Assembly (NCBI RefSeq): GCF_006345805.1
Contig: NC_043020.1
Coordinates: 26,908,001 to 26,972,000 of the forward strand
Reading direction: 5' to 3'
Source: Octopus sinensis
Lineage: Eukaryota
Length of the DNA: 64,000 nucleotides
How positions within the stretch are numbered: position 1 is the first letter of the stretch; each line of letters begins with the position of its first letter. Positions 12,316 through 25,701 of the stretch are shown piece by piece. The position numbers and the translations under genes were made by a program. The notes under the pieces are model-generated. The model had not been told where the DNA came from and did not search any database. It saw only the letters and a program-made list of their open reading frames with translations.

Positions 12316-13057
12316 CTAAAAATACACACACACACACCTTCTTCCAAAATAGGTACTGGCGTCTATTTGTCTAAAATATTCAAGGTGGTATACCCCAGCA
12401 TAGTCGCAGTCCATTGACCAAAAACAGGCAAAATAAGGAAAGACTTTATCGACGCCAGGAAGGCCAAAGAGATTATAGTGACCCCGGGTGTGATCTGAAC
12501 TTCGGACATAACGACGCCACGATTCTTAACAGTTCAGTGTCAGAAGAGAAAAAAAGAGAGAAAGGAAGAAGGAGAAAAATGAAAGGTAAAGAAATATGAT
12601 AATAGGAAGATAAAAGAGGAAGAGATATGGGAGGGGGTACGGCTCCCCTACAATGAAAAGAAAAATGGGAGACATAAAGGGAGAGGGTTTCATTTAATAG
12701 AATAGGGAGTGATCATCAGGTGGATGGAGGTGTTAAGGAACTGAGAAAATCTATGTAGGTTGTATGTGTGTAAGAGAGAGACGCACAGACAGATTATAAA
12801 GGAGAGAGTATGAAGGAGGGAAAGAGGAGCAGGGAGAATGCTTGATATGCTAACAATTCAAGGTGTGGTTAGATTAATCTAGATCCGTTCTGCACCCAAC
12901 CTGGTTTGTGTGAAATTTATGCAGACATTCTATAGGTTGTATGAGCGTAGCCTCCTTTGTCGTGTCTTTTTTGCATAAAAACCAACAAAACGAGGAGAAA
13001 AAAAAAAAGAAAAAGAAAACGAAACAAAAAAGAACAACTTCAACCGAACCACATTAC

Positions 13058-13472
13058 TAATAACGCTTTCCAATCTGCGACACAAGGCCAGCAATTTCGA
13101 AGGTAGGGCGAAAATCGATTACACCGACCTATCAATTTCAGTAGTCAACTGGTATGTTATTTTATCGACCCCTACATGGGATGAAAAGCAAATTTGATCT
13201 CAGTGCTATTTGAACCCGGGATGTAAAAGAGACGGGAGAAATTCCACAAACCATTTTGTCCGCCATTAATAACGCTTTCCAATCTGTGACACAAGGCCAG
13301 CAATTTCGAAGGTAGGGCGAAAATCGATTACACCGACCTATCAATTTCAGTGGTCAACTGGTATGTTATTTTATCGAACCCTACATGGGACGAAAAGCAA
13401 ATTTGATCAGTGTGATTTGAACACGGGATGTAAAAGAGCCGGGAGAAATTCCACAAACCATTTTGTCCGCCA
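13058..13472 (+). repeat. Tandem duplication of a ~209-bp diverged SINE-derived unit
   Basis: TAATAACGCTTTCCAATCTG starts at 13058 and 13267; the two units are nearly identical. Confidence 0.9.
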
Positions 13473-13702
13473 TGTTAACAATCCTGCTACGTTCACTACC
13501 TTATAAATAAATGGTTTTTAAGTTCGGTAACGGGCCAGAAATTTTAGGGTGTCGGGGCTGTTACTTGATTACATCAGCCCCTGTTCTTATTTCGACAGCG
13601 AAAAGTATATATCTGAATCGAGGAATGAAATAGCAGGTGAGAATAACCAAAAATTACACCACCAGCCAATCCTAAAACACCGTTTTCGGTGATACAATAC
13701 TC

Positions 13703-13862
13703 GTCGTCGTTTAACGTCCCTTTTCCATGCTAGCATGGGTTGGACGATTTTGACTGAGGGCTGGCGAACCAGATGGCTGCACCAGGCTCCAGTCTTGATC
13801 TGGCAGAGTTTCTACAGCTGGATGCCCTTCCTAACGCCAACCACTCCGAGAGTGTAGTGGGA
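13703..13862 (-). mobile_element. SINE family C, 3' part
   Basis: CGTTTAACGTCC..CATGCTAGCATGGGTTGGACG..CTACAGCTGGATGCCCTTCCTAACGCCAACC. Confidence 0.8.
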
Positions 13863-14864
13863 TAATTACATTCTACAAGATTGCATCAAAAGTACAAGTG
13901 GGTCTGTCAGTCATCATACACCATAAAACTGACCAAAGAGGAAGACGTAGTGGACAAGAAACGCTAGATTATGGTTTCGAATCTCAGACTGGACGTGCCC
14001 TGTGTAAAACACATTTCACTTCACTTCAGTCAATTCTACTGTCAGTGGTAAAACCTGCCATGGATTGGCTTTCTGTTTAGGGGAAGGATACTCAGCTATT
14101 TTTGGCCCGTGGAACCCTGATTATTGTTTCACTCGGATGGACCTTCATAGCCAGTCGTTGTTTAGTCATTTCTATTATAATTCGTACTTAAATATTATCA
14201 GGAATTGTATTAATACGAAATAAGATGGTCAAAATATTTGGAGAAGTGGAACCAATTTACCACTCATAAATTATAATAAAATCTTATATGGCCCTTCATG
14301 GGTCCTATGAACCCCAGTTGAGAACTACTGGATTAGAGTGTTGTTTGGTTTTCCTGTCTAGGCAGCGCAGGAGAGCATCATTAGAACGTTATAGCAATAC
14401 GAGGAAGTGCACCGTGACAAGCAGTGTGTAACAACATCCGATAGTCTGGTCGATATAATGATACGATTTAAGAGGGAGACGACTGTGTTCTTTGAACAAC
14501 AGGGATAATCCTTTGATCATGGACGTTCTCTGAATGGGACATCACAAAAACAAGGGTAGAAGGGGTTGAGCAAGCCTTTCAATTCCTTGCGCTCCATTAT
14601 CAGTTAGTTGAAAGCGTTTGGAAGGTGGGTCTTGATTTAGTCCTCAACTCCCCCAATCAAACTAACCTTCTCTACAAAGCAATGTGAAAAACTAATGCTG
14701 TGGTTGTTTAACCCCATCTAAAAGGAACTGCAAGTAGATGTCGTTAAATCCAAGGTCATACCTAAAGTTAAAGACACTCCATCTGTGACCAAACAGCTGA
14801 GTTCCTTTTTCAACATGCTAAGACACCCAAAACTGCATTTTCTAACGTATCCCGTTCCAGGACA

Positions 14865-15180
14865 GCACGATGTGAGTCTTCTGAGGGCAATTTGGATCGC
14901 TTTCCTTAACAGGTCGATCCACCGGTAGAAGAAGTCAATAACTGTTTTTTTAACTTCTCCGTGACTCTACCCGAGTAAGAAGAATTGGTAACTCGTACCG
15001 CAACTTCGTTAATTCTTTTAGATGCCCGCGTAATTGCTAACAGATAGAATCGCTGTCCTCGCGCTCTTCATCCAATGAAATCTCCAGGATGCTTAACAGC
15101 TTGAGAGATCGAGGCCCTGCATCAGCACCGAGCTGCTGTACACATTTCCGCTTACTGGAGACTCGTCATGAAACGATATG
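14865..15180 (-). pseudogene. Possible degenerate LTR-retrotransposon (Gypsy-like) gag fragment
   Basis: Minus frames give ..RSLKLLSILEISLDEEREDSDSIC*QLRGHLKELTKLRYE..RVES.. and, after a frameshift, ..IDFFYRWIDLLRKA.. This resembles the gag helical region; assignment is by eye only. Confidence 0.35.
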
Positions 15181-15289
15181 CTTTACTCGAAGACACAACG
15201 CACTGCGCGGGCTAGGAATTGATCCTATGACATCAGAGTCGCGAGACCAAAACCACAACGAGTGGGCCATACGTCTTCACGACATTGGG

Positions 15290-15780
15290 GGGAGGGGCTA
15301 CATTATCGAATCACTTTCGGAGTCAATAAAATAAAGTAGGGGGTCGATGATGCCGACTTGGTCCCATCACCCCACTCCCAACGTCAAAATCGCCTCCTTG
15401 AGTCAAATTCTGAAATTATTATCTAAAATGACCTTGGTCCTATGTCACACGGCCCAAATATGACAGGCTTTGATTTGAGGGACATTTAGCTGCTGTTTCC
15501 AGCAAGCAGAGCTATCTATAGACGCTGACATTTTTTTTTTGGGGGGGGGGGTACATTATCGAATCACTTTCGGAGTCGATAAAATTAAGTAGGGGGTCGA
15601 TGATGCCGACTTGGTCCCATCACCCCACTGTCTACGTCAAAATCGCCCCCTTGAGTAAAATTCTGAAATTATTATCTAAAATGGCCTAGGTCTATGTCAC
15701 ACGGCCCAAATATGACAGGCTTTGATTTGAGGGACATTTAGCTGCTGTTTCCAGCAAGTGGGGGCTATCTATAGAGGCTG
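15290..15780 (+). repeat. Tandem duplication of a ~250-bp unit
   Basis: TACATTATCGAATCACTTTCGGAGTC..CTATCTATAGA occurs at ~15299 and ~15552 with scattered substitutions. Confidence 0.9.
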
Positions 15781-18655
15781 TTAATGCCAAATTTTTATAG
15801 GTTAAGTTTAAGCTGTTAAGAGTAGCGTAAAACGATGAGAAGTAAAAGATTATAGATAATAAAGAACAAATGCTATCAATCAAGTTAGACAGGTGGGAGA
15901 GGGGGAGAGGGGTGGTGCTCGAAGTGTCTAAATAAACTAATGCGTTGCTAGGGTCACAGCGGAAGGTAAGCGGTGCGGCAGCACGGGGCGATGGAGGTGA
16001 CAGTTGTGAGCGATAAGAGTACAGAGTCAGAGACTGCCTTGGGAGGGAGTATGTAAGAAGCATAACCTACATGATAGGTGTACCAGGGTGGAGTGTATAT
16101 AGATAGATAGGGGGGAAGAGAGAGAGAGAGAGAGAGAGAGAGCGGGGAGGAAATAGAGATAGAGAGCGCGTTGGGTTCCCAGCTTTTAGATTTAGGTCAA
16201 CACAGACTGTCCAGAGGTGCTGAATTCCAACCGTGGCTATCCCCTCTGGTTCTTATGTGCAAAGAACACAAGACGATAGAATTCTAACCGTCAGGGCGTG
16301 TGGTTTGAGGGAGATTTCGCTGCTTAATTCTTGACGGCCAGGGTTTGGTAGGAGTATACGTTTAAAAGGGGTCACAGGATGGAGGTATAGTGAGATAAGG
16401 GACAGCAAACAAAGATTTATTATTATTATTACTATTATTGAAGCGACGAGATAGCAGAATCGTTAACACGCTTAGCAACATTTCGCCTATCCTTACATTC
16501 GGAGTTCAAATTCCCTCGGGATCGATAAAATTAAGACCAATTTGACCGATGTAATCGACTGGGCCCGTCCTGCAAAAATTTTAGGTTTTGTGCCCATTCT
16601 ATAGAAAGGGTTATTACTATTGGCAACGCGCGTGTGTGTGTACGTATACACACACACACACACACAGGTAGACAGATAGATAGAGAGAGAGAGATCAGGG
16701 GCTGTATATTGTGTATTAGGTAATGTGGAGGTGGATTAGGACCGGTAGTTATGGAGTAAACTGCTAATGAATGTACAGGTGAAGTGTTGGGTTCAGATCA
16801 CGCGAGATGATCCGAGTTTTACGTAACGGAAGCCTAAAGATACGAAGGATTCCGTTTGAATGAAGCTGATGCTCGCCTCTTCAACTGTCCCATCATGTAA
16901 AGACAACACGATACGCAAAGGGCTTCCTCCAGTTTCCGTCTAACAAATCCACCCAAAGGCTTTTGTCGACAATGGGATACCATGAGTTATTTGCCCAAGG
17001 TGCCCTGCAGGGACTCTCAAATTGAAATTACAAAGCTACGCCTGCGTCTAATATACATGAATATAAAACGTGCCTATCACTATAACTTCTATTAAGATTT
17101 TCTTTAGGAATTAGAGACAGCACTAAAAGCTACGACGTTTCGTACAGAAATATGACTGAGTCGCACTGCTAACACAGGTAGGACAGTGTTGACATATAAG
17201 CCTTTTAATATATTCTTGGTAGTATAATTATGGTTGTATAATGAAATAACGTATCCCAACCAGCAATTAATACACACACACACATACATACACACGTAGA
17301 CCGTATACGAAAATATATAGACATAGTTTTAAAAACAACGATTTTATAGTGTTCTTTTCTTTTCTTTGTACACACATACACACATATAAACATACAAATA
17401 TACAAGCCATCAAGGACACTGTTAAACTATGTGAAACATTCCGGAAGTTTAGTCTGTGATAAATACATATATATACACACATGCGGGCATGCAAAAACAC
17501 ATGTGTTCAGTTGTCAAAACATAAATCCAATGATGCGGGTGATTCCACAAAAAATGCAAGCGTGCACACACATTCATACATACATGCTTTTTATATATAA
17601 GCAAACATGGACTATTCCGGGTTAGAAACCGGTTCCCCCTCTGATTTTGAAATGAGGAAAAGAATCTAGAAAAACATACGCACAAACATGTATGATGTCA
17701 TAAGGGTATCTATTACTTTTTTTGGAACTGTATCTTGAAGGACATAAAGCTATGAATAATAATAAGCATTTAAATATATTGGGTTGAAAAACCCTTTGAA
17801 TATATCTACAAGAGATGTGGGTTCGTGACACACGGACAGCCTTCGCTTTTTTTTCTTTCTATCTAACTTCATATAAATTTATACGCCATTAGTTATCAGC
17901 TTTATGTACTTCGAGATTCAGTTCAAAAAAAGAATTTCACACACACACTTATGCGCACACAAATAATGGGCCAGTTCATTCTAAATAGCAAAAAAAAAAA
18001 AAAGAAATTTCAGGTAAGAGAAACCACGTGTGTAGGATATGTGCAGGTGCGTTGAAGGTTTCTGTCTACTGCCCCGCTCCACCCTCTTCAATCGGTCGTG
18101 ATAGCCATGGTGATGATAATAGTGACAGCGAGTAAGACAAGGGGGTTGAAAACAAAAGACAGACACACACACATACAGGTATGAAAAGACAATAAATAAA
18201 TAGGACAGGTGTATATTTAGAAATATAAGCAAGAGATTGCTAAAAGGCGGGTATGAGTGAAAAGAAGTACCCGGGTGTTGTAGCAGTAGTAGTTCTCAGG
18301 TGAAGCAAAGTGTCTTGTTTTTTTTTTTTCATTCCCCACCCCCCGTCGCCACCAAAAAGCTTACAACCTAACAATTCTGTCAACGCTAACCTTAGAACCA
18401 TATGCGGTTGTGGGGTGGGGGTCACATATGGAATAAGTTACAGGTGAGATAACCTCGGTTAGGTGAGATTGTACGCACAATTAAAAGACAAACAAAAATA
18501 CCCAGGTTGCTAAAAAAAGTTGCTAAAAAATCTCTAGAAAAAAAATAGAACAAGAGAGAGGGGGTTAGGTTTCTAAAAATCTATAGAAAAAAAATAGAAC
18601 AAGGGAGATAATTTCTAATGATATCAGCCACTTGCATGATAGAGAAAATTAAAAA

Positions 18656-18696
<41 letters not shown>

Positions 18697-18904
18697 CGAT
18701 GCGGAGATAGAAGTGAATACGAGTGTTTGAAATCGGAAACAAATGGTTCAACCCCCGGTCACACACCCCACCCCACAAGTCTAATAGGTGTAAAAAAAAT
18801 GTGTAGGAAACGAATATATAAACAAAAATTTGCGCAAACGAACGGGGGTGGGTGGGGAGAGAACTTTCGGAAAATTCGCAAGATCCGATTTTTCACCCCC
18901 TCCT

Positions 18905-19329
18905 CATAACTTTTGGTTTGAACGGCAGTTTTTTCTAGCAGTGTCATATGAAATTGTCACCCATAATTATGACCCTAGTATCGATCTATTGCATTTCAAT
19001 CTCTTTTAGGGTTAGAGTTGGTTAGGGTTAGGGATGGGGGAAGGGTATCTTTTTTTCTTCGCAAATGTAAATAAACCCAATCTGTTTCTTAAACGAGGGA
19101 CATATTCATACGGCACAGAATGATTTTTAGCTCAATAGACGTCAGTAATTGGTTGAAATTGCAGAAATTGAAGAAAACAACAACAAATATCTTACAAACT
19201 ATAGAATTTTCTCAATAAAGCCAAGAGAAAAAGATGTTTTATAAACACATTCTAATAGTATACGAAGTTTAAAAGTGTTTAGTTACGTGGAAATTATTTT
19301 AAAAACTGCCGGTCAAACCGAAAAGATCC
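18905..19329. mobile_element. MITE with ~28-bp TIRs and an internal TTAGGG-like tract
   Basis: Left TTTTGGTTTGAACGGCAGTTTTT, right AAAAACTGCCGGTCAAACCGAAAAGATCC; TTAGGGTTAGAGTTGGTTAGGGTTAGGG at ~19007-19034. Confidence 0.65.
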
Positions 19330-19589
19330 GACGGGGAAGATAGAAGGTAATTAATCTAAGGTGCCGCGCACTGAGAATGGACCCAAAACGACGTGGTTTC
19401 GAAGCGAACTTCTTATCCATACAGCCGAGGGGCTTAATTATTGTTTAATTACTTTATTATCAACGGGCATTTAAAATGAAATGTCATTTACCCACAACCG
19501 ATTAAACACTAAAAAGGCAAGCGGAAATGTAGTCCAATTAAATGATAATCCTCTCCTTGAAAATCTACACCCTCTCCCCAATCACATGA

Positions 19590-20005
19590 TTCCGGGTTCA
19601 GTCCCACTGCGTAGTACCTTGGGCAAGTATCTTCCACTATAACCCCGGGCCGACCAAAGGCTTGTGCGTGGATTTCGTTGACAGAAACTAAAGTGCGTGT
19701 GTGTATGCGTGTTGGTGTTTAGGTCGCCATAACTTAGTGGTTCAGCAAAAAGAGAATGATACAATATGTACCAGGCTTGGCGTAACTTCGGTATAAGTAC
19801 CGGATACATTTCAAGAAAGTTTTTTTTTATATATATATATGGGGTGTTAGGGGTGGGAGAAAAGTGTTTCTCTTAACTTCAGAAATGTAAACAAAGTCAC
19901 GTGTGTACCTATACCGAAGGATCGCCCCCAGGCTTAATTTTTTTTTTAATTAATACTGGGGTCGAATCATTTGACTAAAATACTTTTCAAGGCGAACGCT
20001 CCAGC
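19590..20005 (+). mobile_element. SINE family B interrupted by a MITE
   Basis: Family-B head and body flank the MITE at 19779-19926. Confidence 0.7.
19779..19926 (-). mobile_element. MITE, Mutator-like family (copy 1)
   Basis: Termini GGCGTAACTTCGGTATA and TACCTATACCGAAGGATCGCC; flanks ACCAGGCTT and CCCAGGCTT (9-bp TSD, 8/9 match). Confidence 0.75.
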
Positions 20006-20809
20006 ACGGCCACATTCTACTGAATAGATGATGAAGGATATGAAATCAGGGGGGAAAATGAAGGACCTAAATACTGCCACCCGTCGAAGTACGCACCCTC
20101 AGTTTTTGTGTGTGTTAAACTCTGGATGGAAAGGGGTCAAGCGCAGAGAAAAGCGGGTGCGGAGAGCAGTTAAAGACAGGAGACATTTAAAAGAAAAAGG
20201 GCGGTGTGAGAGAAAGATAACGAGAAATATTCATGAATTTATCAAGTGAAAATATTTGGCTGATTACAAGGGATTGGTCGTCGTTGCTATTATTACTACT
20301 ACACTAAGCTACCCCAACCCTACCCCTAAACAGGTGCTTTGTGTAAAAGAAGAAAATTAAGAAAATTGGCATTCCGTCAGTTACGAAAGCGGGTGTTGAT
20401 TCGATCAACGGAACAGCCTGCTCGCGAAACTAACGCGCAGGTGGCTGAGTACACCACAGGTACGCGTGCCCATAATGTAGTTGTCAGGGAGGTGCAGCAT
20501 GACAGAGAATGTAACAAGGCTGGCCTGTTGAAATACAGGTACAATTCATTTTTGCCAGTTGGGTGGACTGGAGCAACTTGAAATAAAGTGTCTTGCTCAA
20601 GGACGAAACTCGCCGCTAGGAATCGAACTCACGACACCCGAATACCGTAACTTTTAAGTCACGCGCCCTCGTTAATGTTCAATATACATATATTTCAATG
20701 GACCTAGGGCTGGGGACCGGTGAACCGAGGTTAATGAAATTCTTAGGGGTAACGAGTACTCATTAGACATAAGATTTTAAAAGACATATTCCTTGTTATC
20801 TAGGATTTT

Positions 20810-22541
20810 AGGTTAATATAGGGCGTAACAAATATCAGAAAATCAAAAAAAAAATGTGTGTAATAGGTGTAAAACAACTTCCTATGAACGAATATGAAAA
20901 AAAAAATGCGCTCTCGAGAAAGAGGGGTGGGGGAGAGGCCTCGGAATATTTATATCGGGAATTTCCGAAAGCGTCTGAACCGGGCACAAAAACAAAAACA
21001 GCGTAATAGGTGTAAAACAACTTGCTCTAAACGACTATCATGAAAAAAATGCGCGCTCGCGAAAGAGGGGTGGGGGAGAGGCTTCGGAAATTTCACATCT
21101 TCAGTCCACGGCCTTTAAACTAAGAAAAAATAGTGTAATTGGTGTAAAACTACTTGTTCTAAACGAGTATCAAGAACACACACTCACACATGAATCATAA
21201 ACTCCGTATTTCGCAAAAAAAAATAAATAAAGAGAAGAAATTCTGGAAAAAGTGAAGAAATGTTGGATCTCATTCCTTGGTTAAAGCTATTTTAAACATT
21301 AAATTTATGCTTTTCTTTGAAATAGTTCAGATATATGCAATTCTTCTCACTTATTAAGATGCATTTATCAGAAAAAAAGAGACAGAAAAAAATTATTATT
21401 TTGTGTCAATCCTTCCCTAATTATCCTTTATTAATTAGTTTTGGCGTGTATTTTTTTTTTCACCTTTACAACACTGTTTAGTAAAGCAATTAATTATCTT
21501 TATAATTTGCATATTTGACTTATTAATCAAAATTCTCTAGATGTAATATATACTAAGTAATGCATCCTTCATTTATGTGTTCCGTTTTGTATTATGCATG
21601 CGTGACTGTTTGTATGTAAGTGTGTTTAACTGTGCACATGAATGTGAATATTAAAGAACATATTTATTTACTATGATTGTTATTTTCAGAACAAATAAAT
21701 CTTTTGGCTGTTATGTTATTGATGTTATTATTATTGCTAGTTAAAGGGTGGTGACTTGGCTGAATATTTTGAGTCTTGTAGTATGTAGTTGTGTTAGTCA
21801 ATATTCTGAGTTCAAATCCAACTCATTTCTTTATCATCATTATCGATGGACCACTCAAAGAGGTATGTATACATTATCATTTTCGTAACATAATTTCTGT
21901 AGTATTTCAAGATGTTTCTGACACGTATTTTGATTCACATGGCGGAGATCCAACATTTCTTCACTTTTTCCAGAATTTCTTCTCTTTATTTTTTTTTTTG
22001 CGAAATACGGAGTTTATGATTCATGTGTGAGTGTGTGTTCTTGATACTCGTTTAGAACAAGTAGTTTTACACCAATTACACTATTTTTTCTTAGTTTAAA
22101 GGCCGTGGACTGAAGATGTGAAATTTCCGAAGCCTCTCCCCCACCCCCCTTTCGCGAGCGCGCATTTTTTTCATGATAGTCGTTTAGAGCAAGTTGTTTT
22201 ACACCTATTACGCTGTTTTTGTTTTTGTGCCCGGTTCAGACGCTTTCGGAAATTCCCGATATAAATATTCCGAGGCCTCTCCCCCACCCCTCTTTCTCGA
22301 GAGCGCATTTTTTTTTTCATATTCGTTTAGAGCAAGTTGTTTTACACATATTACACTATTTTTTTTTTTTGTTTTGGTGCCCGGGTCAGCCCCTCAGGCG
22401 CTTTCGGAACTGCCTCTCCCCCACCCCCCTTTCGCGTGCGCGAATTTTTTTTTTCATATTCGTTCATAGGAAGTTGTTTTACACCTATTACACACATTTT
22501 TTTTTTGATTTTCTGATATTTGTTACGCCCTATATTAACCT
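20810..22541. mobile_element. Non-autonomous foldback element with long, near-identical TIRs built from ~130-bp subrepeats
   Basis: Left arm ~20810-21270 is the reverse complement of right arm ~21946-22541, which has one extra subrepeat. Termini are AGGTTAATATAGGGCGTAAC, flanked by GATTTT on both sides. No ORF in the AT-rich spacer. Confidence 0.9.
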
Positions 22542-24254
22542 GATTTTATTCCTTTCGAATCAAAGGAGTAAAAAAATATATTTCAGCGTAAACAAATATA
22601 TTTTGGGGCAATTGGTTGAAAAAGTTCCCCAGTCCCTGACCTAGAGAAATTGTCTAACCCTAAACCCAGGGTGTGCGTATTCTTTACCTTCGCCGTGATT
22701 AACCTGACCTCTACATGATTTTAACTCAAGTGGCCCAGAGTCACAAATGTAATGTAGGGGGGAAAAAAAGAGTGCATTAAAACAGAAAATATAAATCTTT
22801 TAAATAATCAAACTTGGCTGAGATTTGAACTTGGAACGTAAAGAAACAAAACAATGTAGTTAGCTTTTAGTGACCAAGGTTAAGAAGAAAAAAACGAACT
22901 AGATATAGTAATAATAGTTTCAAAATTTGGTACAAGGGCCATCCGCTTGGGAGCTAAAAAGGCCTAAGGCAATAACCTCGACACAAGTGCACAACTAGTA
23001 CTTGTTTTATCGACCCCAGAAGGACGAAGGGGGGTTGACCTCGACGGGGAAGAGATAAGCCAATTAAATCAGCTCAAGTACTTGATTGGTACTTTATTTA
23101 TCGATCCTGAGAAGATGGGAAGGCAGAATCGACTTCGGTAGGATTTGAATTCAGATCTTAAAAATCAAAACAACCATACCGAGGTACTTTTCAGGCAGCG
23201 TATTGAAATATCTGTCCTACAAAATCCCACACCTCATGGTGGACGAAGCAGATCCGGGCTAGTTTTTTTTTTTCTTTCCCCACCCACAGCAATAATTAAT
23301 AAATATTTTTGAGTTTCCAGCAACGGAAATTGTAGTTTTGAAATAATTTTCTCAAAAAAAATTTTTTTTTAATTTTCCTAATTTATTTTTTTTAACGCAT
23401 TTCTCGGGCATTTGTGCTACCTTTTCGTTTCCTACGAGGTATGGGACTGCGAAGTAAAGCTATTCCAAAGCTTCGCTGAATGTTACTAATATGTTGGACC
23501 CACATAAAGTTTTAAATGTTTATAGATTTTCGTTTAACATACTTTTTAGTGGTAATAGCATACAACAAACAACAGATCCATATTATATACATATATTTTA
23601 ACTAACCCTAAATTCAGATTATATATATATATACATACATACACACTAACGTATCTACGTAACTAGTACACCAGGAGAAACTCTAAATGATCTTTTCGAA
23701 TATTTCTAAATAATTAAAAATCAACAAAGAAAATAAAATGGAATCGTTAGATGAAAAAGAAAATTTAAAAAGTTTTTAAAAAAAACATTAAGAAAACAAA
23801 ATATTAAAAAATCTATGAAATGAAAAATTAAAATTAAATTAAAAAATTGAAACAAACGTAAAAAAAATATACTGAATTTGTTGGTTCTGTCGAAAAATAT
23901 TTTGCCACCGATAATAAGTGTTGAAGCGATATATACATATATTTATATATGTGTATATATGTATATATATTTTCTCTCTCTCTCTTTCCTTCTCGCCGTT
24001 TCTTCGTCTCTTTTCTCTCTCTCTACCATTTTTTCCTCTTCTTTTTAAATAAATTTCCTCTTCTACGTCTCTATCTCTCTCTTTGTCTCTCCGTTGAGTC
24101 TTGATTCGAAAGCGAAGATGAACCCCGAACTTTAGTAGGAAAAAAAATAAAATTCGTTGCTGTTGTTGAGAATGTTAAGCAGTGGACATATTTTTATGTA
24201 CCACTCAGTCGAAGGACCACAGCTTCAATGAAGACCTGGACGAGGTGACTGAAC

Positions 24255-24275
24255 GTAGAGCGCATGCGCACCAGC
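24255..24275. promoter_or_regulatory. NRF1-type palindrome GCGCATGCGC in unique sequence (candidate promoter)
   Basis: GCGCATGCGC at 24260-24269, within non-repetitive sequence 24100-24300. Confidence 0.35.
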
Positions 24276-24900
24276 ACAAACGTACCTTTTTACTTTGAAA
24301 GTCCTATATGAATGTGTGTGTGTGTGTGTGTGTGTGTGACGTTTTTCTTCTTTTTGTTTTGTTTTGGTTTTTTCCATATTTTTCTTTCATTTCTGTTTCT
24401 TCAACTGACCTGTTTCTACATTGTTGTATGTTTTATTGTCCTACTACTGCTACATGTTCAGGTATTCATACACCTGTGCGTATGTGTGTGTGTGTGTGAG
24501 AGAGGGGGGTGATGTACGAGTCGATGTATATACGTATTTGTGTGTGTGTGTGCTATATATATGAGTTGATGTGTATGTGTGTGTGTGTACATGCAGATAT
24601 ATTTTATTCTATGTGTGTTTGTGGTACACTAACGTTAGTGTGCGTGCATGTGTGTGTGTAAATTGAAACCAGTTTGTGCTTCTGTCTATATGAATAAAAG
24701 AACGAGTTGTGTGTGTGTGTGTGTGTGTGAAAGAGAGAGAGAGATTGAAGTTTTGTATGTGTGTGTGAAATGAAACTCGTTTCTGATTGTTGTGCATCAA
24801 AATCTGTGTGTGTGTGTGCCTGAGTGTGTGAATGTGAAGTGTGTGAGAGGGTGTGTATGTATGTAGGAGTATGCGAGTGTGTAACTATAGAAGACATAGA

Positions 24901-24931
<31 letters not shown>

Positions 24932-24996
24932 AGCCTGAGTGTGTGTATGTGAAGTGTGTGAGAGTGTATGCGAGTGTGTAACTATAGAAGACATAG

Positions 24997-25027
<31 letters not shown>

Positions 25028-25163
25028 CACTGAATGTTTGTATGCATGTGAATTGAAACTAGTTTCTCATTGTTGTGTGTCGAAATCTGCGTGTGTTTAT
25101 GTGTGTGTGTGTGTATGAAACTGATTGGGTATGTAACTGTGTGAGTACGTTTAAGTATACGCG

Positions 25164-25201
<38 letters not shown>

Positions 25202-25549
25202 AAAGAGTCCAAAAATCCATATTGTCCATCAACAGAAGGGAAGAGTGGGGGGAGCCTTACTTACTTCAGTAGAGGATGAAGTGGTGCTCATGCCTTGATT
25301 TTGTGAAGTGATGAAAGTGAACTTAGGTGAAACTAGATAACAATACAAACAATACTGGTTCCTACCCTGGTTCGTGCAAAAAAAATAATAAAAAACTGTG
25401 TATCTGTGTACAAGCATATACATGTATATATATGCATATATATAATATATAATCAAAAACATAAATTATATATATATTATATATACGAATATATTTATAT
25501 ATTTATATATACACACGCACAAATATATATATATATACATACAAATATA

Positions 25550-25581
<32 letters not shown>

Positions 25582-25668
25582 CAAATATGTGTGTCTATAT
25601 ATATATATATACAAATAAATATGTGTGTATATATACACACACAAATATATATGTGTATATGTACACAC

Positions 25669-25701
<33 letters not shown>

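Noticed and set aside
15944-15957. RFX X-box match GTTGCTAGGGTCAC
   Set aside because: A single match to a degenerate consensus is plausible by chance in 64 kb on both strands; no linked gene identified.
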